NCBI GenBank assembly: GCA_040954595.2
Contig: CM082595.2
Location: forward strand, 10,408,482 to 10,472,481
Length of the DNA: 64,000 nt
Reading direction: 5' to 3'
Source of the DNA: Balanoglossus misakiensis
Taxonomy: Eukaryota > Animalia > Hemichordata
Below, in pieces: positions 1 through 12,099 of this stretch; position 1 is the first letter of the stretch; each line of letters starts with the position of its first letter. The position numbers and the translations under genes were made by a program. The notes under the pieces are model-generated. The model saw nothing but the letters and a program-made list of their open reading frames with translations, ran no database searches and had not been told where the DNA came from.

Positions 1-2495
1 CTTGTCCTGCCCCGGGTATAAGTGCCAATATGATGGTATGTCGGAGCCAGAGGTGTGTGAAGATGGATACTACACTAATATAGATGGTGAGTCAGCACTT
101 AAAGTTTGGGCATTACTGTGTAATCTTTCACTTAAAGGCACGTAAGCTGTAACTTTTGGGATAATTTTCATAATTTTTGTTTAAAACTGCACTACCATTA
201 GTCCATGCAGATGAAGGCAGTGAACTATACACAAGCATTATAAACCCTAAATATGAGTGCATATGCAAGTTTTAACCAGATAAATAATAAAGCTTTGCCG
301 CAAGCGATTATGGCCGCCACCCTGGGAAAATGCAAGAAACAATGAAAATGTTGCATTTCCGGTTGTGAAACTTCATAAACAAAACATGATCTCATCCACT
401 TGAGCTCATGGAAGTAAATGTACACCACTGAGACATCAGATTTTCATTTTTCATTGCAATATTGCACTTTTTTTAAAATTGCAGGAATTTTCGTTTTTTC
501 TTTAATTTTTGGCCATTGTGTCATAAATAAGTGTTGAGCTTGATATATTATCATGAAATATCATTTAATAGACATAATTAAAAGCATATATGAGATTATT
601 TAAAACTTTAATTTTTTTATCCAGTTGCAGCTTACGTGCCTTTAAGGCGGACGATCATCTTATGTGCATGTACGTAATTCTGTGCGTACAAACATTACGT
701 CCAGTCCAAATATTCTGCCAATTTTACATCCAATGCATTCAAATAGTGGACTGCTTCGCTTTCATCCAGTTTTCATGTGCATCGTATAAGTAGACTTTTG
801 TTTTGTCCCGTCTTTTCACCAAATTTGCTCTTTTCCAAATCTCCGACACAGACTATGATCGTCACGATCTTGTCTGTTGTTAGAACAGCACACTGCCGTA
901 TGGCATTGACTGTACACAGTTTCTGTTACCAATATCTCTGGATTGGCATTTTCCTGTCCTCAATCTTTTGCCAGGGATTTTTGTCTCCCCAACCCGCGTG
1001 AGAATCCCACGTCTTTGAAGGTACGACTGTGACTATAAGATTCTATAAATCTCTGTTTATTTTCAGCACAAACATCATGTGCTGATTGCCCAGCTGGTAA
1101 CCAATGTCCAAATGGTAACACTGTGATTTTATGCTCGGCTGGTTATTACAGTTCGGCCTTGGACAAAGGATGTCTCGCTGTACCTCTTGCATAACAGGTA
1201 AACTTCTACCCACCCACCTTTATTTCCAACATCAAACATTAGGTCAGGTAATTTACTAACTGAAAAATAGGATGGGATCATTTTCTATTTCTGTATTTAA
1301 AATTTACTGATATAATATATGAATGAAAAAATGACAATTTTTCCAAATTTGAATAGACCTCTATTTATGAAAATAATTAAAATTTGCACCAAATTTTTAC
1401 AGTGGTATTCAAAGGTTAACTTGGTGTGTAAATTCTCTGTTTGATTTACAGATCAGCTGGTGCTGAACATTGTACTATTTGTGAGCAAGGGTACGCCTGC
1501 ATAGATCCCAGTGCATCGCAATTCAAGTGTACCAAGGGTTACGTGTCATTGGCTGGTGCAACAAACTGTACCAGATGTACAAATGGTAAGATTGTGGTAC
1601 TTGTTCAGTTTGCTGTGTGATGAAACTGAGGGGTATGTGTGTTTGCATGTATGTGTTTACAACAGATTTTCATGTCAGTGCGACTGGGGGTATGTGTGTG
1701 TGTGTATGTATGTATGTGTTTACAACAGATTATCAACTCAGTGCGAGATCTTGCGAGACCCGGTTAGCCATGTGAGATCTCGCAGAGTCTTATGATATTC
1801 AGAAAATGGTTGATTAGAAATGACGTTTAATGTCCTCCAAAGAATTTTCTACATGCCTGTATACTTGTCTCAGAATTATGAAGTGAATCATCTCAAGTAA
1901 TTTGTTATTTTAAATGACACTGTATCACAAATACATCACTAAAAACCTCATTTTCTTTAATCAGATGAAATAAGTGAGGAGCCTGCACGCACATCCTGTC
2001 TTCTGTGCCCTGCTGGACAATCGTGTTCAGATCCAATGTAAGATCCGCTCGACTGTGGCAATGGTGAATATGCTATGGAAGGCGACGGCACATGCACGCC
2101 TTGTCCAGCGGGATCCAAGTGTCCAACCATGTCACCCGTAGTGGATTGTTCAACAGTTACTGGTAAGTTGGGCTGCAAATCACTCTTGTGACTTCCCTGT
2201 GTTATAGCATGGCATACACAGAAAATTAAACTGTTATGCTTATTGGAGTTGATATTGTGATGCACTTTGAAAAACACAATGATTCCACTGAAGAGGTATT
2301 GTACAGTAAAACCTGTGATTACGGACATCTCTCTAATAAGGGATCGTTGGACCAAACCATGGTGGTAAAAATCGTTCTTTGAATTTTTTCTGTGATAGGT
2401 TCATACTCGCTAGGTTCGGCCACGTCCTTCTGGTTATGAATGCACAACTACAAGTGTCACACAGTGCGCTACAGGGCAGTAAAGTGCTGAAGGAG
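1..2495 (+). pseudogene. Decayed exons of Cys-rich GCC2/GCC3 (ephrin-receptor-like) repeats, copy 1; exons <1-86, 1067-1197, 1452-1585, 1965-2162, 2399-2495
   Basis: AG/GT-bounded exons translate to e.g. QTSCADCPAGNQCPNGNTVILCSAGYYSSA, HCTICEQGYACIDPSASQFKCTKGYVSLAGATNCTRC, SCLLCPAGQSCSDPM*DPLDCGNGEYAMEGDGTCTPCPAGSKC. This fits the CxxCPAGxxC / CxxGxYS pattern. In-frame stops and frameshifts are present. Confidence 0.8.
136..641. mobile_element. Non-autonomous TTAA-targeting DNA transposon (Kolobok-like MITE); copies at 17121-17625 and 31809-32313
   Basis: ttaa|AGGCACGTAAGCTGTAACT ... AGTTGCAGCTTACGTGCCT|ttaa: a TTAA TSD with RR...YY termini. Confidence 0.85.
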
Positions 2496-2606
2496 GTAAG
2501 TCTTGAAATCCCTTTTCTTCTTGTCTCGATTTGAACATGGTTCCACAAGTTGTTTACATCACTTGTAGTTTTACATATTTTTTGAGTTCAACAGCTAGCT
2601 ATACAT

Positions 2607-3273
2607 GGTGTCCTGAGAAGTCAACCAGTATAAGAAGTCGGTCTCGGCCAGTACGAGAAGTCGGCCTGTGGGAGAGAACCCTGGTACTTTGTGTTATATA
2701 TAACTGTTTCACTACGAAATGTTTCCTTGATGTACAGGAGCTGAGATATTTGTACAAATAGCCGATTTATTTTAAAACTGTCTGTTCACTTTTCATGTAC
2801 GTCACCGGGGTACGTCAACATCAGTCACCTGCACTTCTTGAGCTGCGCCAGTAGTCTGTTCCTTGTCACGTTTGTTTGTTTGTTTGTTTGGTGTTGTCTC
2901 AGAAAGTATGAATATACACATACATCTTCTATGTATTTTAGTAGGCTTTGAAACAACTCCCTTTAATCAGAAATGTCACAGGAATTTGGCGAACAACCTA
3001 AGCTCCTTATGCGGATACGGGGCTGGGGAACTGGTACGGATGCCAGACGCCATTATTTGAAATGACGCCATTGTGTTGTCAAGAATTTGGGAAATCCGTC
3101 CAAATGAAAATATTTAGTGCAATTATATTTTATTAAGTGTTGTTATAAGTAATCTGGGTCATTACTGCACTATTCGGGTACAAGTTCAACAACTGGCCGA
3201 CTTCTCATACTGGCCGACTTCTCATGCGCGCGAACTGGCCGACTTCTAATCTGGCCGACTTCTCATGTATTCC
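2607..3273. mobile_element. Non-autonomous DNA transposon with subterminal GAGAAGTCGGCCAG repeats and a 7-8-bp TSD (superfamily uncertain); copies at 19528-20190 and 34279-35991
   Basis: The left end has several agaagtcggcc-like motifs and the right end has four inverted tggccgacttct motifs. GG...CC ends are flanked by (c)tatacat on both sides. Confidence 0.7.
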
Positions 3274-4468
3274 TATACATTAGTGAAAATTGGGCAAACT
3301 GGTGTTTTCAGACAACTTATGAAGTCCTTGTCTCAATGGAGGTACCTGCCAACAACAGGTAAATTCTTGTACTGCCACAATTTGCATGTGCACAGAGTGT
3401 TACTAGGGAACCAGTTGTGAGACAAGTAAGTTTGAATCTGTAGCAGTTAATAATGATAATTATCATTTTTTTATTATGATTTAAACTTCACTGATGTTGT
3501 ACAAACACAAAAATAGAAAGGGATAGCAGCTTAGCTCTATTCCGTTTCGAAAGTTTTTGTTCTTTTAAACTACCTGTGCATTTTTTTTATTTATTCTGAT
3601 TATGCTAATATGCTAATTTGTCGGTTTGTCACATCACAATTTTTGAAGGAAACTCACCCCTGATGATCATGGAAAATTTGACCCTTTTCCTTGCAGGACT
3701 CAACCAGTGTCAACCAAATCCGTGCCAGAATGGTGGCTTCTGTCAACCGGCTCGAAATTCCTGCTTTGATCTCACCTGCATATGTACTGGTTGCTACAAA
3801 GGTGATAGGTGTGAGATATGTAAGTATACAGCGCAGTCTCATTCAAATACTGCATGTTTCCTGAGCATAGGTGTAGCCATCACCACAGCAGAGCTTGGAG
3901 AGTTCTTGACATCGAATGCAAGATTACACTCTTTCCAATCAAAATCACTTTTTCGTGGCGCATAATGTCTTGATTGTCTTGGTTCAAGAAACATTATGCG
4001 CGACTGGCCAATTTTACTGCCTTTTGTCAACACACATCCACTATGGAAATTCTCACTCCAGGCCAGATAGTGTAAATTTACATATGAGTCTACAGGTGTG
4101 CTTGAAGTCAAGTCAAGCATTTGCAAGGAACCCTCCTCCAGTACACAGGTCTTTGATTTCATGAAGGGAAGCCCTTGCCTCACAGTCACTGCCACGTGAT
4201 CTATGGAGGTGTGAACAACTTGATACCAGCCTAATATAAGTTGTAGGCACAATCACTCCCCACACCCTTGCCATAATTCTGCAAGGTTTTTGCCATATCT
4301 GTACTGTAGAATGAGTAGCAAGGAATAAAATGGCGTCCTTTCTTAATTTCCAGTGCAAAACCCCTGTGATCCCAACCCATGTATGAATGGTGGATTTTGC
4401 CAGCAAACATCGTGCAATTTCTATTCATGCCAGTGTGTGAACTCTTACACAGGTGACATCTGTCAAAC

Positions 4469-5353
4469 CATAGACCCTAGAGAAAGAAGGGCGAGCAACT
4501 GCGGCAAAGATCAAAGGGTTTGGGGATTATCTGTATGATGATGTTTTTTTGTATATAATTAACACCCAGGACAGTCGGACAATGACTTCCTTACTTCGGC
4601 ACGTGTCGACCCCACCAGTGATGCGAAAACTTGCCACCAAACTGGCACTACTGCATTTCAGCAGCCACTGCGTTTTTTTCTAAAATTCTAAAAGTATTAC
4701 GATGTCTGTGCTAATTATTATGGTTTGGTGTTCGTCTGTCGGTTGAATGGTCATTTCTAGTGCCACAAGCTTCATTTAAAAATTGTAAACAAATCATCCA
4801 TGTTTTTTGCATGTCCGACTGGGCACTCATATTTCTTAGTAACGCTGACACTTTTCGTAATAATGTTATGTTTGCGTGAAGCATTGAAATAAAAATTGTG
4901 GTTTAGGGGCATTTTATTTCGCAGTGCGTGAACAATAAAACAGATTTCACGAAAACAATTTGTAAACAAACTGGGTGGATTATCATGTGTGCGCTATGGC
5001 CGCCAGGCAACCCTCGGTACGGTTAGCTCACAGCCTTGTGAAATACCCGGACTGTTAGACAAAAGATGCTTGTTTTGGACGCTGTCAGACTCAGATTCAA
5101 ATTCCTGTTTAACTTGTCCAGATGTGTTCCATAAATAATCGCTGCGTTCAACCACGTTGCAGTTTTCTCGTCTTCTGCGAGATGTTCTGAGGTGTTGTGA
5201 TAACTTCACACAAAACACGAGACTTTGCGTTAGTTTATACACAGTTTATTTGCAAATTGGATTATTGGGATTTATCTGGAAATAATGTATGCAAAAGAAC
5301 ATCATTTCAAGAAAAAACTGGAGTTGCGCGTCCTTCTTTCTCTAGGGTCCATG
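4469..5353. mobile_element. P-element-like MITE inserted into the 3' end of EGF exon 3; copies at 21384-22268 and 37235-38118
   Basis: TIR CATAGACCCTAGAGAAAGAAGG... / ...CCTTCTTTCTCTAGGGTCCATG with a 7-bp TSD GTCAAAC (4462-4468, 5354-5360). CANRG termini are typical of P. Removing it restores TGT CAA ACA A|gtgag. Confidence 0.85.
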
Positions 5354-8300
5354 GTCAAACAAGTGAGTATATACTTTCAAGACACCCTGCAAACAAACAA
5401 GCCATCTTCATTCCGTAGATCTTTTAAGCTTATTTATACATTGTAAATTTTGATGTGAAACTTTATTGGTCTTGTTGCCAAACTTCTGAAGAAATGAGGA
5501 TATTGTTTTGAAAGGTATTTTATCAGTAGGTAACAAATACCATGGCCCTCCATGCAAATACCCACATGGTAAATTAAAACTGTTACAGATGTATTTGATT
5601 TCCACATATTGATTACATGTGGGATAATATTGGGTGCTGGCAGTTTCAGTAAATGAACTGCTCTTAAAAGTTGGGCGTCAGGGCACCCTTGATTTTGCCT
5701 GTTCCAAGCTAGAATAGTCTGTCCATATGAATATTTGTTCAGCAAGTTACAAGCAATCTTTTAAGTTTGGAATGAAAAAATAGTGAAATGACTTGTGATG
5801 TTAATGTGCAATTGTTGGTTGATTTACATGCAACCCCCAGGACTCGATCAATGTTCTCCCAATCCGTGCATGAACAACGGTATCTGTGAGCCAATCAGTG
5901 GATCGTGCAGTGCGTTTACCTGTCGCTGTCAAGGCTGTATCATTGGAATCACCTGTGACCAAGGTAAATTTATCAGACGAGGAACTGTTTTTCCCCCCTC
6001 ATACCGGTATATTTGTCATAGCTGGCAGCTATGAAATTACCTGTATATTTAGGATGTGACAAACCAAATAGGCACTTTCAGGAATTGAGTCTTTTTTGCG
6101 ATTACTAAGTCCTAAACTCCCAAAAGTATAATAAGTAATTCTTATTGTTCAGTTATACATTAAGGAGGCTTAGTTATAGGAGAACCCGATAGAACCACAG
6201 CTGTAGGAATTAAGGAAATGGTCATACCCTAAAAACTTATGTCACTACTATTTATTTATTTTCATTCCATTGAAACAGAACAAACTCCATGTAGGCCAAG
6301 TCCATGCCTGAACAATGGGCAGTGTACTCGGCTGTCGTGTACAACTTATGAGTGTACTTGTCCAGGATGTTTCACCGGCACACACTGCAGCCAGTGTAAA
6401 ACTCATTAAAACAAACATTTTGTCATGCAGGAACTAACATTTACAATCATATCTCAATACATTGTCTGTTGGTCATACTTTATATTTTCATCTTCAGCAT
6501 CACACCTTGGGCCTTGGGAATCGTTCACCTCAAAAATGATGTACAACTGAAAGAAAACATGTTTATTTGAAGAAAAAAATGTTGATCGTTCATGAAAATT
6601 TTTCCTACACAAGATACATATACAGAGATTTTCATAGCCCCACAAGTGCGTCCCAGAATGAGCAAGTTGTTTTTGGAAGTGAAGTTCCGTTCAGTATTTA
6701 CAGTAATGGTAATGATGATGTTTTTATCAAACAGATTTTGAAAGTAAATATTGCTGAGATAACATTAGGTTGCACTTTTTATTGCAGTCCAAGATCCATG
6801 CCAGCGAAACAGCTGTCTCAACGGGGCTGTATGTAATGCAGTGGCCAACTCCTGCACGGCATATACCTGTGCCTGTACTGGTTGCTATGAGGGTAACCGT
6901 TGTGAAATATGTAAGTTTCTGACGTACCGTAAATGACAATCTTTTGGGCACTTTCTCTTCATGGCAATTGAATTGTGTGGTAACTTCTCATTTCTAAAAT
7001 TTCCCCAAGAGAAAAGAAAACAGAAATTTCATTTGTATGTCCGTGCAATTTAGGATAGGCACGAACTTGTGAGGAAGTGTACGAAGCTGGATGTTTTCAT
7101 CACTCAAATATACAAGAGTTGCCTCTTGAAGACTAGTGTCTGTAGAGATAATTGTGCTTATGAGGTAATCTCTCCTAAGGTGGTGCACACATCTGAGTAT
7201 TAAGTAAAAGAGACGTCCTTAATTATCCTTACTATTTGGCTTGAAAAATCAATCTTACTAGGTGTTCTGATTAGAGAGGTGTCCATAAAGACAGGTTTTA
7301 CTGTATTACCCAAAATAGAGACATTGTCCCTTCATCATATACTTAATGCGTGTTCTGGGTATGGTTCCAGTATAATGCTTGTGTCAAAGGATTTTGTTGT
7401 GGTGCAGGAATCATCTTTGGTTGAGGTGTAGCCATCTGCATTTCATGTTTTTTAAACTATTTTTTTTCTGATAGTCATTAACCCATGTGATCAGAATCCG
7501 TGTCAAAATGGAGGCTATTGTTCCCAAACACCAAATTCTTATACTGACTACACCTGTTACTGCCAGTAGTGTTGGACTGGGGCCATCTGTGCCGTAGGTG
7601 TGTCGAATTACTGTTTTATGACACAGCGTGGTATATAAACCCTCATTTTTGGTATTCTCAATGTGATAGATGGACCCATACACCAATAAATGGGGTGGAA
7701 GCATTACTAAGTTTCATCCTTTCAAAATTTGCTGATGTAGGGTCAAAATTGAGTGTGAGGTGCACGTTAAAAAGGAAAGCCTTCTGTATCATGTTGACGG
7801 CACATTTTTTAATTTTTCAAGATTCTTACAGAAAAATCCTAGCAATAGCATCATTATGTTATTTTAAATGTACAGGTTTGAAACAAGGAATGAAGACATT
7901 GCTCACATATTTAAACGAAATGAACATCACAAGTACATGTACAAGTTTTTGACAAGCAGGTAATTGATACTTTCATTTTTGTTTTGGCAGCCATTGATCA
8001 GTTATACTCTATGCCTTGTCAAAATGGTGGCACATGCGTTGCGCGAGACGGCTGTTTCCTGTTTGACTGTATGTGTACCGAATGCTTCACTGGTGCCACA
8101 TGTACAATGCATAAGTACAAACCAATATTATTTTATTCAATGCAAAACACTTGTTATGTATTATATAATATAAGTACGGTACACATATTAAAGCCCTGGT
8201 AACTCAAACTTTGGGCTAGCTTAATGTTATCACTATTTTTGTTTTCGGGTGCAACTGTGGTTTCTTGTCACACTCTAAAGGATTTCACAGCATTTGGTTT

Positions 8301-9614
8301 TTCAAAACAGCCCTTTGGTTGTTGTCATGTATACATGTACATGACTGTGGAGTGTAGTTTGTAGATTCTGTAATTTTGACAATATCTTGACTGCACATCC
8401 CACAGCTGTCAACCAGTGTCAACCCATCCAGTGTCAGAATGGTGGAAACTGTGTGCTGACGCCCAATTGGTGTACTGAATTCACATGCTCCTGTACAAGC
8501 TGTTACTCCGGCCATTTATGTCAGACATGTGAGTGATTTTAAATTTCAGATGAAGAGGAACATAATAACATAACACATAATCGGCTTGCAGTTGGTTTCT
8601 TCCAACCTGTATCAAACAGTGAATAACGACACAATTTTGGGGAAATTTATTAAGAATGTGTGTGCCATAAAAGGGGATTGTGTATTTGACCAAACAACAA
8701 CCTGCACCGTATGGTACACTAAGACACTATTACACCTGTGTCAAAATTTCATTACGTTTCTTTTGTTGAACATGGAAGAAATTTGTCACAGTGATGTTCT
8801 GTTGACCAACTGAGATTTTTACCACTCAACCCTGACTGCACAAATCTGTTTAAAGTATATGTAGTAAATATTAACTGTACACAATTTATATCACTTTCTC
8901 TTCTGTGCACAGATTTGAATCCGTGTCAGCCCAACCCTTGTCTAAACAGTGGATTCTGCCAGCAAGTGTCCTGCACCGAGTTCAGATGCCAGAGTTCGCG
9001 CTGTTTCATCGGAACCACGTGCGCTGAACGTAAGCAAACCAGTGTCAGATTTGCCGCACAAAGTAGAAATCGCTGGGCTTTGTCATTGATATTGTCTCAA
9101 TAAAGTTGCCTGTGATTGTGCAGCTAACCAAGAGACTTATATGCACTACCGTAGCCATGATGTATACTTTCATTGACTCAAATGCTCATCAGAGTAGATG
9201 TTGCTATTTTTCCAACCGTAAATTGAAACATCAGAAAGTTATGACATCAACTACCCCCACCCCCACCCCACCCCACCCCCAACTAGTAAATATTATAAGA
9301 TGCTGTAATTATGATAAAGATGGTAGCACCAAGCTTGGATCAAGTGGTCTTCATTATCCTTCACACATGAACATGATCACACGGATGTGCAATCTTCTGA
9401 CAGTCTGCTACAGATTTCACTTCCCACTCAAGTGTGTAAGACCCTAATGTGATACTTTTCATTTCTCTCACCCTTAGCGATCAACCAGTGTCTTCTAAAC
9501 CCATGTCTGAATAACGGAGTGTATCAGCCACTTCAAGGCTCCTGCTCAATCTACACCTGCAACTGTCCAACCTGCTACACTGGGCAAACATGTGTTACAT
9601 GTAAGTCACAAGTT

Positions 9615-10620
9615 TTTAGGTCCCATTGGTATGTACCATGGGACCTTATGGGATTGGTTACGTCTGTATGTATGTATGGATGGATGGATGGATGTATGTC
9701 TGTATGTCCGTCCACATCGAAAACTTGAAAACCGCAGCGCGTATGACCTCGATATTTGGCGTGTAGATGCAGGCAGGGCTGTAGATGGGAGTTTGTTCAA
9801 ATGAAGATGTCATTGCCAAAAATATGCAAATTAGCTGGGAAAATGTGAAATTGGTCAAAACTTAAAAACTGGACAACCACTGGTCATATTGATTTGAAAA
9901 TTGGTATGCATGTACCTTATATCAACCTCATACAATCCTGTATGTTTTGAGCTAATATTATCGATTTCCTATTTTTTTTGCATTTTTTTGTATTTTTCCA
10001 TGTTATTGGTAAAAAGTCTTTGAAATTTAGTATGAAGCCTCCTAATGTTGTCTAAGTAACCATAGTTTTGTTCAAATTGTTGCAAAATTTGCATATCTAT
10101 AATTTTGAGCAATATTTGCCATTTTTGGTCAAAAAATGTTTTTCTTTAAAACCTCATGCCAGATTGCTTTCCAATTTGGTAGGCATGTTCGTAGGGGTAA
10201 CCTAAATAATATGTTGTAAAAAAAAAGATATTTGCATAAATGTGTTATCAGGGAAAATTTTGCAATTTTTGTCAAAAATTGTTTTCTCTGAAACCGCTTG
10301 TCCTATTGCATTGAACTTAGGCAGCATGTTCCTTGTAGTGATTGAAGTAAGATATTGTACAATTTTGGTGATATTTGCATATTTGTGTTTTTGCCACTTT
10401 TGAACAAATATTTTCTGTGAAACTGCTTGTTGGATTGCTTTGAAATTAGTTTTTTCTCTGATTGCTTTGAAATTTAGGATATAATTTCATAACACATACC
10501 TGTATATGTGCAACTTTTATTCAGTTCTGAGATCAGAAAGATTAAATATTTAGCGAGTTTTTTTGGTAAGTTTCTTAGTTTTTGGTTAGCAAATCTTCTC
10601 CTAAACAAATTGTCCAGTTG
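9615..10620 (+). mobile_element. Helentron-associated (HINE/DINE-1-like) non-autonomous repeat, 3' end uncertain; copy at ~24303-25307
   Basis: A T-run, then the hairpin aggtcccattggta-tg-taccatgggacct, then a TGTA/TGGA microsatellite and degenerate AT-rich tandem subrepeats (gattgctttgaaatt, ttggtcaaaaa). Confidence 0.55.
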
Positions 10621-12099
10621 TTTTTAAAGTTACTATTTACAAGGAGTTGTTACCTCGAACAAAGACATGTTTACATAACTTAAATAGGCCAGCTGTTACA
10701 GAGACCACCAGCTATCAAATTTTAATTACCAGTGGCAGGTCAGTGTGTGTCTGTTCCAGGGCTGACTGAAAGAAGTTGCTTCGCATATGTGTTTGTACAG
10801 ACAATTTTTGGTCATTTTTTTTTCTAGCACCACTTGTAAGACTGCCATGACACATGACAGTTTATTGGGCATGTTCCTTGTTAATGTTTTTACATTCCAT
10901 ATTTCTATATGGTCAGATCATATCTGCTTGCAAATGTCACCTGTAATTTTTATTCTGGTGTGTCACTGTTTCCGCATAATCCTCAAATGTCATCAGATCT
11001 CCGAATGTGATGAAAACAGTGTGTTTTGAGTGTTTTTTAAATGACCTTTTGGGTTAAAAGTTGCAAAAATGGCAATTTTGTCTTGAAAGGGGTCAATAAG
11101 ACTGACTTTTTTGGAATCAGCACCATTTTTTACATTGAATGGACTAGTCTGCTCAAACTTTCCTTACCAACAATTCTGTTTAATCTTCTGTAACATGTAT
11201 ACTAGTATACATGTAGCTGCCTGATAGTTTGCCCTGCGTGTGTAATTGCTGAGTGACATAACGCATTCTGTGATTGGTGCAGTCACGTAACCACCAATAA
11301 GATCGCTTGTTATAAGGAGAACTGCACGACCTTTAACCGCATTAGCATACCTGATTTTTAGGGCTCGATATTACCTCTGAGGACGCAATATTTAAGTTGA
11401 AGTTTTTTTTCTTTTATCATATTAGAGCAAGAAGACTTGTTTTTATGTAAAAGAAATAAACCTTAATATACAGAGTGCATTTTGAAACGATAGGCAGGTC
11501 CGGCCCATAGCCTAATTCTTCATTTTTCTGTCATGCGTAGGAATTGATCAGTGCTAACAACCCATGTCAAAATGGCAGCACTTGCCAACCCTAACCTCGT
11601 GTGGGGCATTGACGTGCACCTGCCAAGGATGCTATACTGGGAGCGCTGTGAAAATTGTCAGTCAGTTTCTTTTGTCAAATTAATCAATATGTGTGGGACT
11701 GCTATACATGTATATAAAACAGAATACTGCGATGGAAAATTCTATAACTTAATGTTTCACTGGATATATGACTTAAAGTTAGCAGGATGCAGTGAATTCA
11801 ACAGAAAGTGTAATTTCCTCTTGTGTGAGCTCTGTGCGACTGTGCCAATGAAAATCTCACCACAAACAAAAATGACAGGTATACACTGTATATTAGCAGC
11901 TTTGTCTCTGTAATAGCCATAGTGTTTTGAAGTTGAAAACTTGCAAAGTGTGCAGTTTTATTCACACTACAAAGGAAACATTGTTGAAACGGATTATCTG
12001 TGTACATTGTCAAACTGTACACTTGTCGCGAGATTTATTCTCAATTATATTATATCATGCTACCGTCCGCAATGCTGATTGGACGAGAGCTAAATCCAG

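Larger units (their letters stand above)
3312..11656 (+). pseudogene. Array of 12 single-EGF exons (8-Cys variant), copy 1: 3312-3425, 3697-3819, 4354-5362 (split by TE), 5841-5963, 6279-6395, 6788-6910, 7475-7597, 7991-8110, 8406-8528, 8913-9029, 9478-9600, 11541-11656
   Basis: Each exon is AG...GT bounded, phase 1-1, ~114-123 bp. Examples: LNQCQPNPCQNGGFCQPARNSCFDLTCICTGCYKGDRCEI; LDQCSPNPCMNNGICEPISGSCSAFTCRCQGCIIGITCDQ; QTPCRPSPCLNNGQCTRLSCTTYECTCPGCFTGTHCSQ; QDPCQRNSCLNGAVCNAVANSCTAYTCACTGCYEGNRCEI. Lesions: stops in exons 1 and 7, donor GT>AT after 8110, frameshifts in exon 12. Confidence 0.9.

Noticed and set aside
646-1020. Coding-like composition on the minus strand within an intron
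   Set aside because: Stops in the frames I tried and no recognisable motif.
1743-1783. gcgagatcttgcgaga / gtgagatctcgc palindromic motifs resembling TCTCGCGAGA promoter elements
   Set aside because: Imperfect, intronic and without CpG-island context; probably a repeat remnant.
3181-3270. Short spaced repeats tggccgacttct resembling a CRISPR-like array
   Set aside because: The context is eukaryotic, the spacers are only a few bases, and inverted copies at ~2615-2670 show they are subterminal repeats of a transposon.
3860-4300. Possible very degenerate reverse-transcriptase fragment on the minus strand (EARASLHEIKDLCTGGGFL, LEPRQ)
   Set aside because: Only a faint resemblance to BEL/Pao or DIRS RT and no YxDD motif is visible. 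A translated HMM search would be needed.
2304-7303. Inverted Tc1/mariner-type ends (TA|CAGTAAAACCTGTGATTACGGACATCTCTCTAAT at 2304; ATTAGAGAGGTGTCCATAAAGACAGGTTTTACTG|TA ending 7303) bracketing seven exons like a Pack-type element
   Set aside because: Exons of the same series continue outside both ends, so these are more simply two independent fragments of one MITE family.
3312-11656. Assigning the EGF array to Notch, crumbs or fibropellin
   Set aside because: No LNR, ankyrin, LamG, CUB or avidin domains are visible, no calcium-binding consensus is present, and the 8-Cys pattern differs. No gene symbol is justified.
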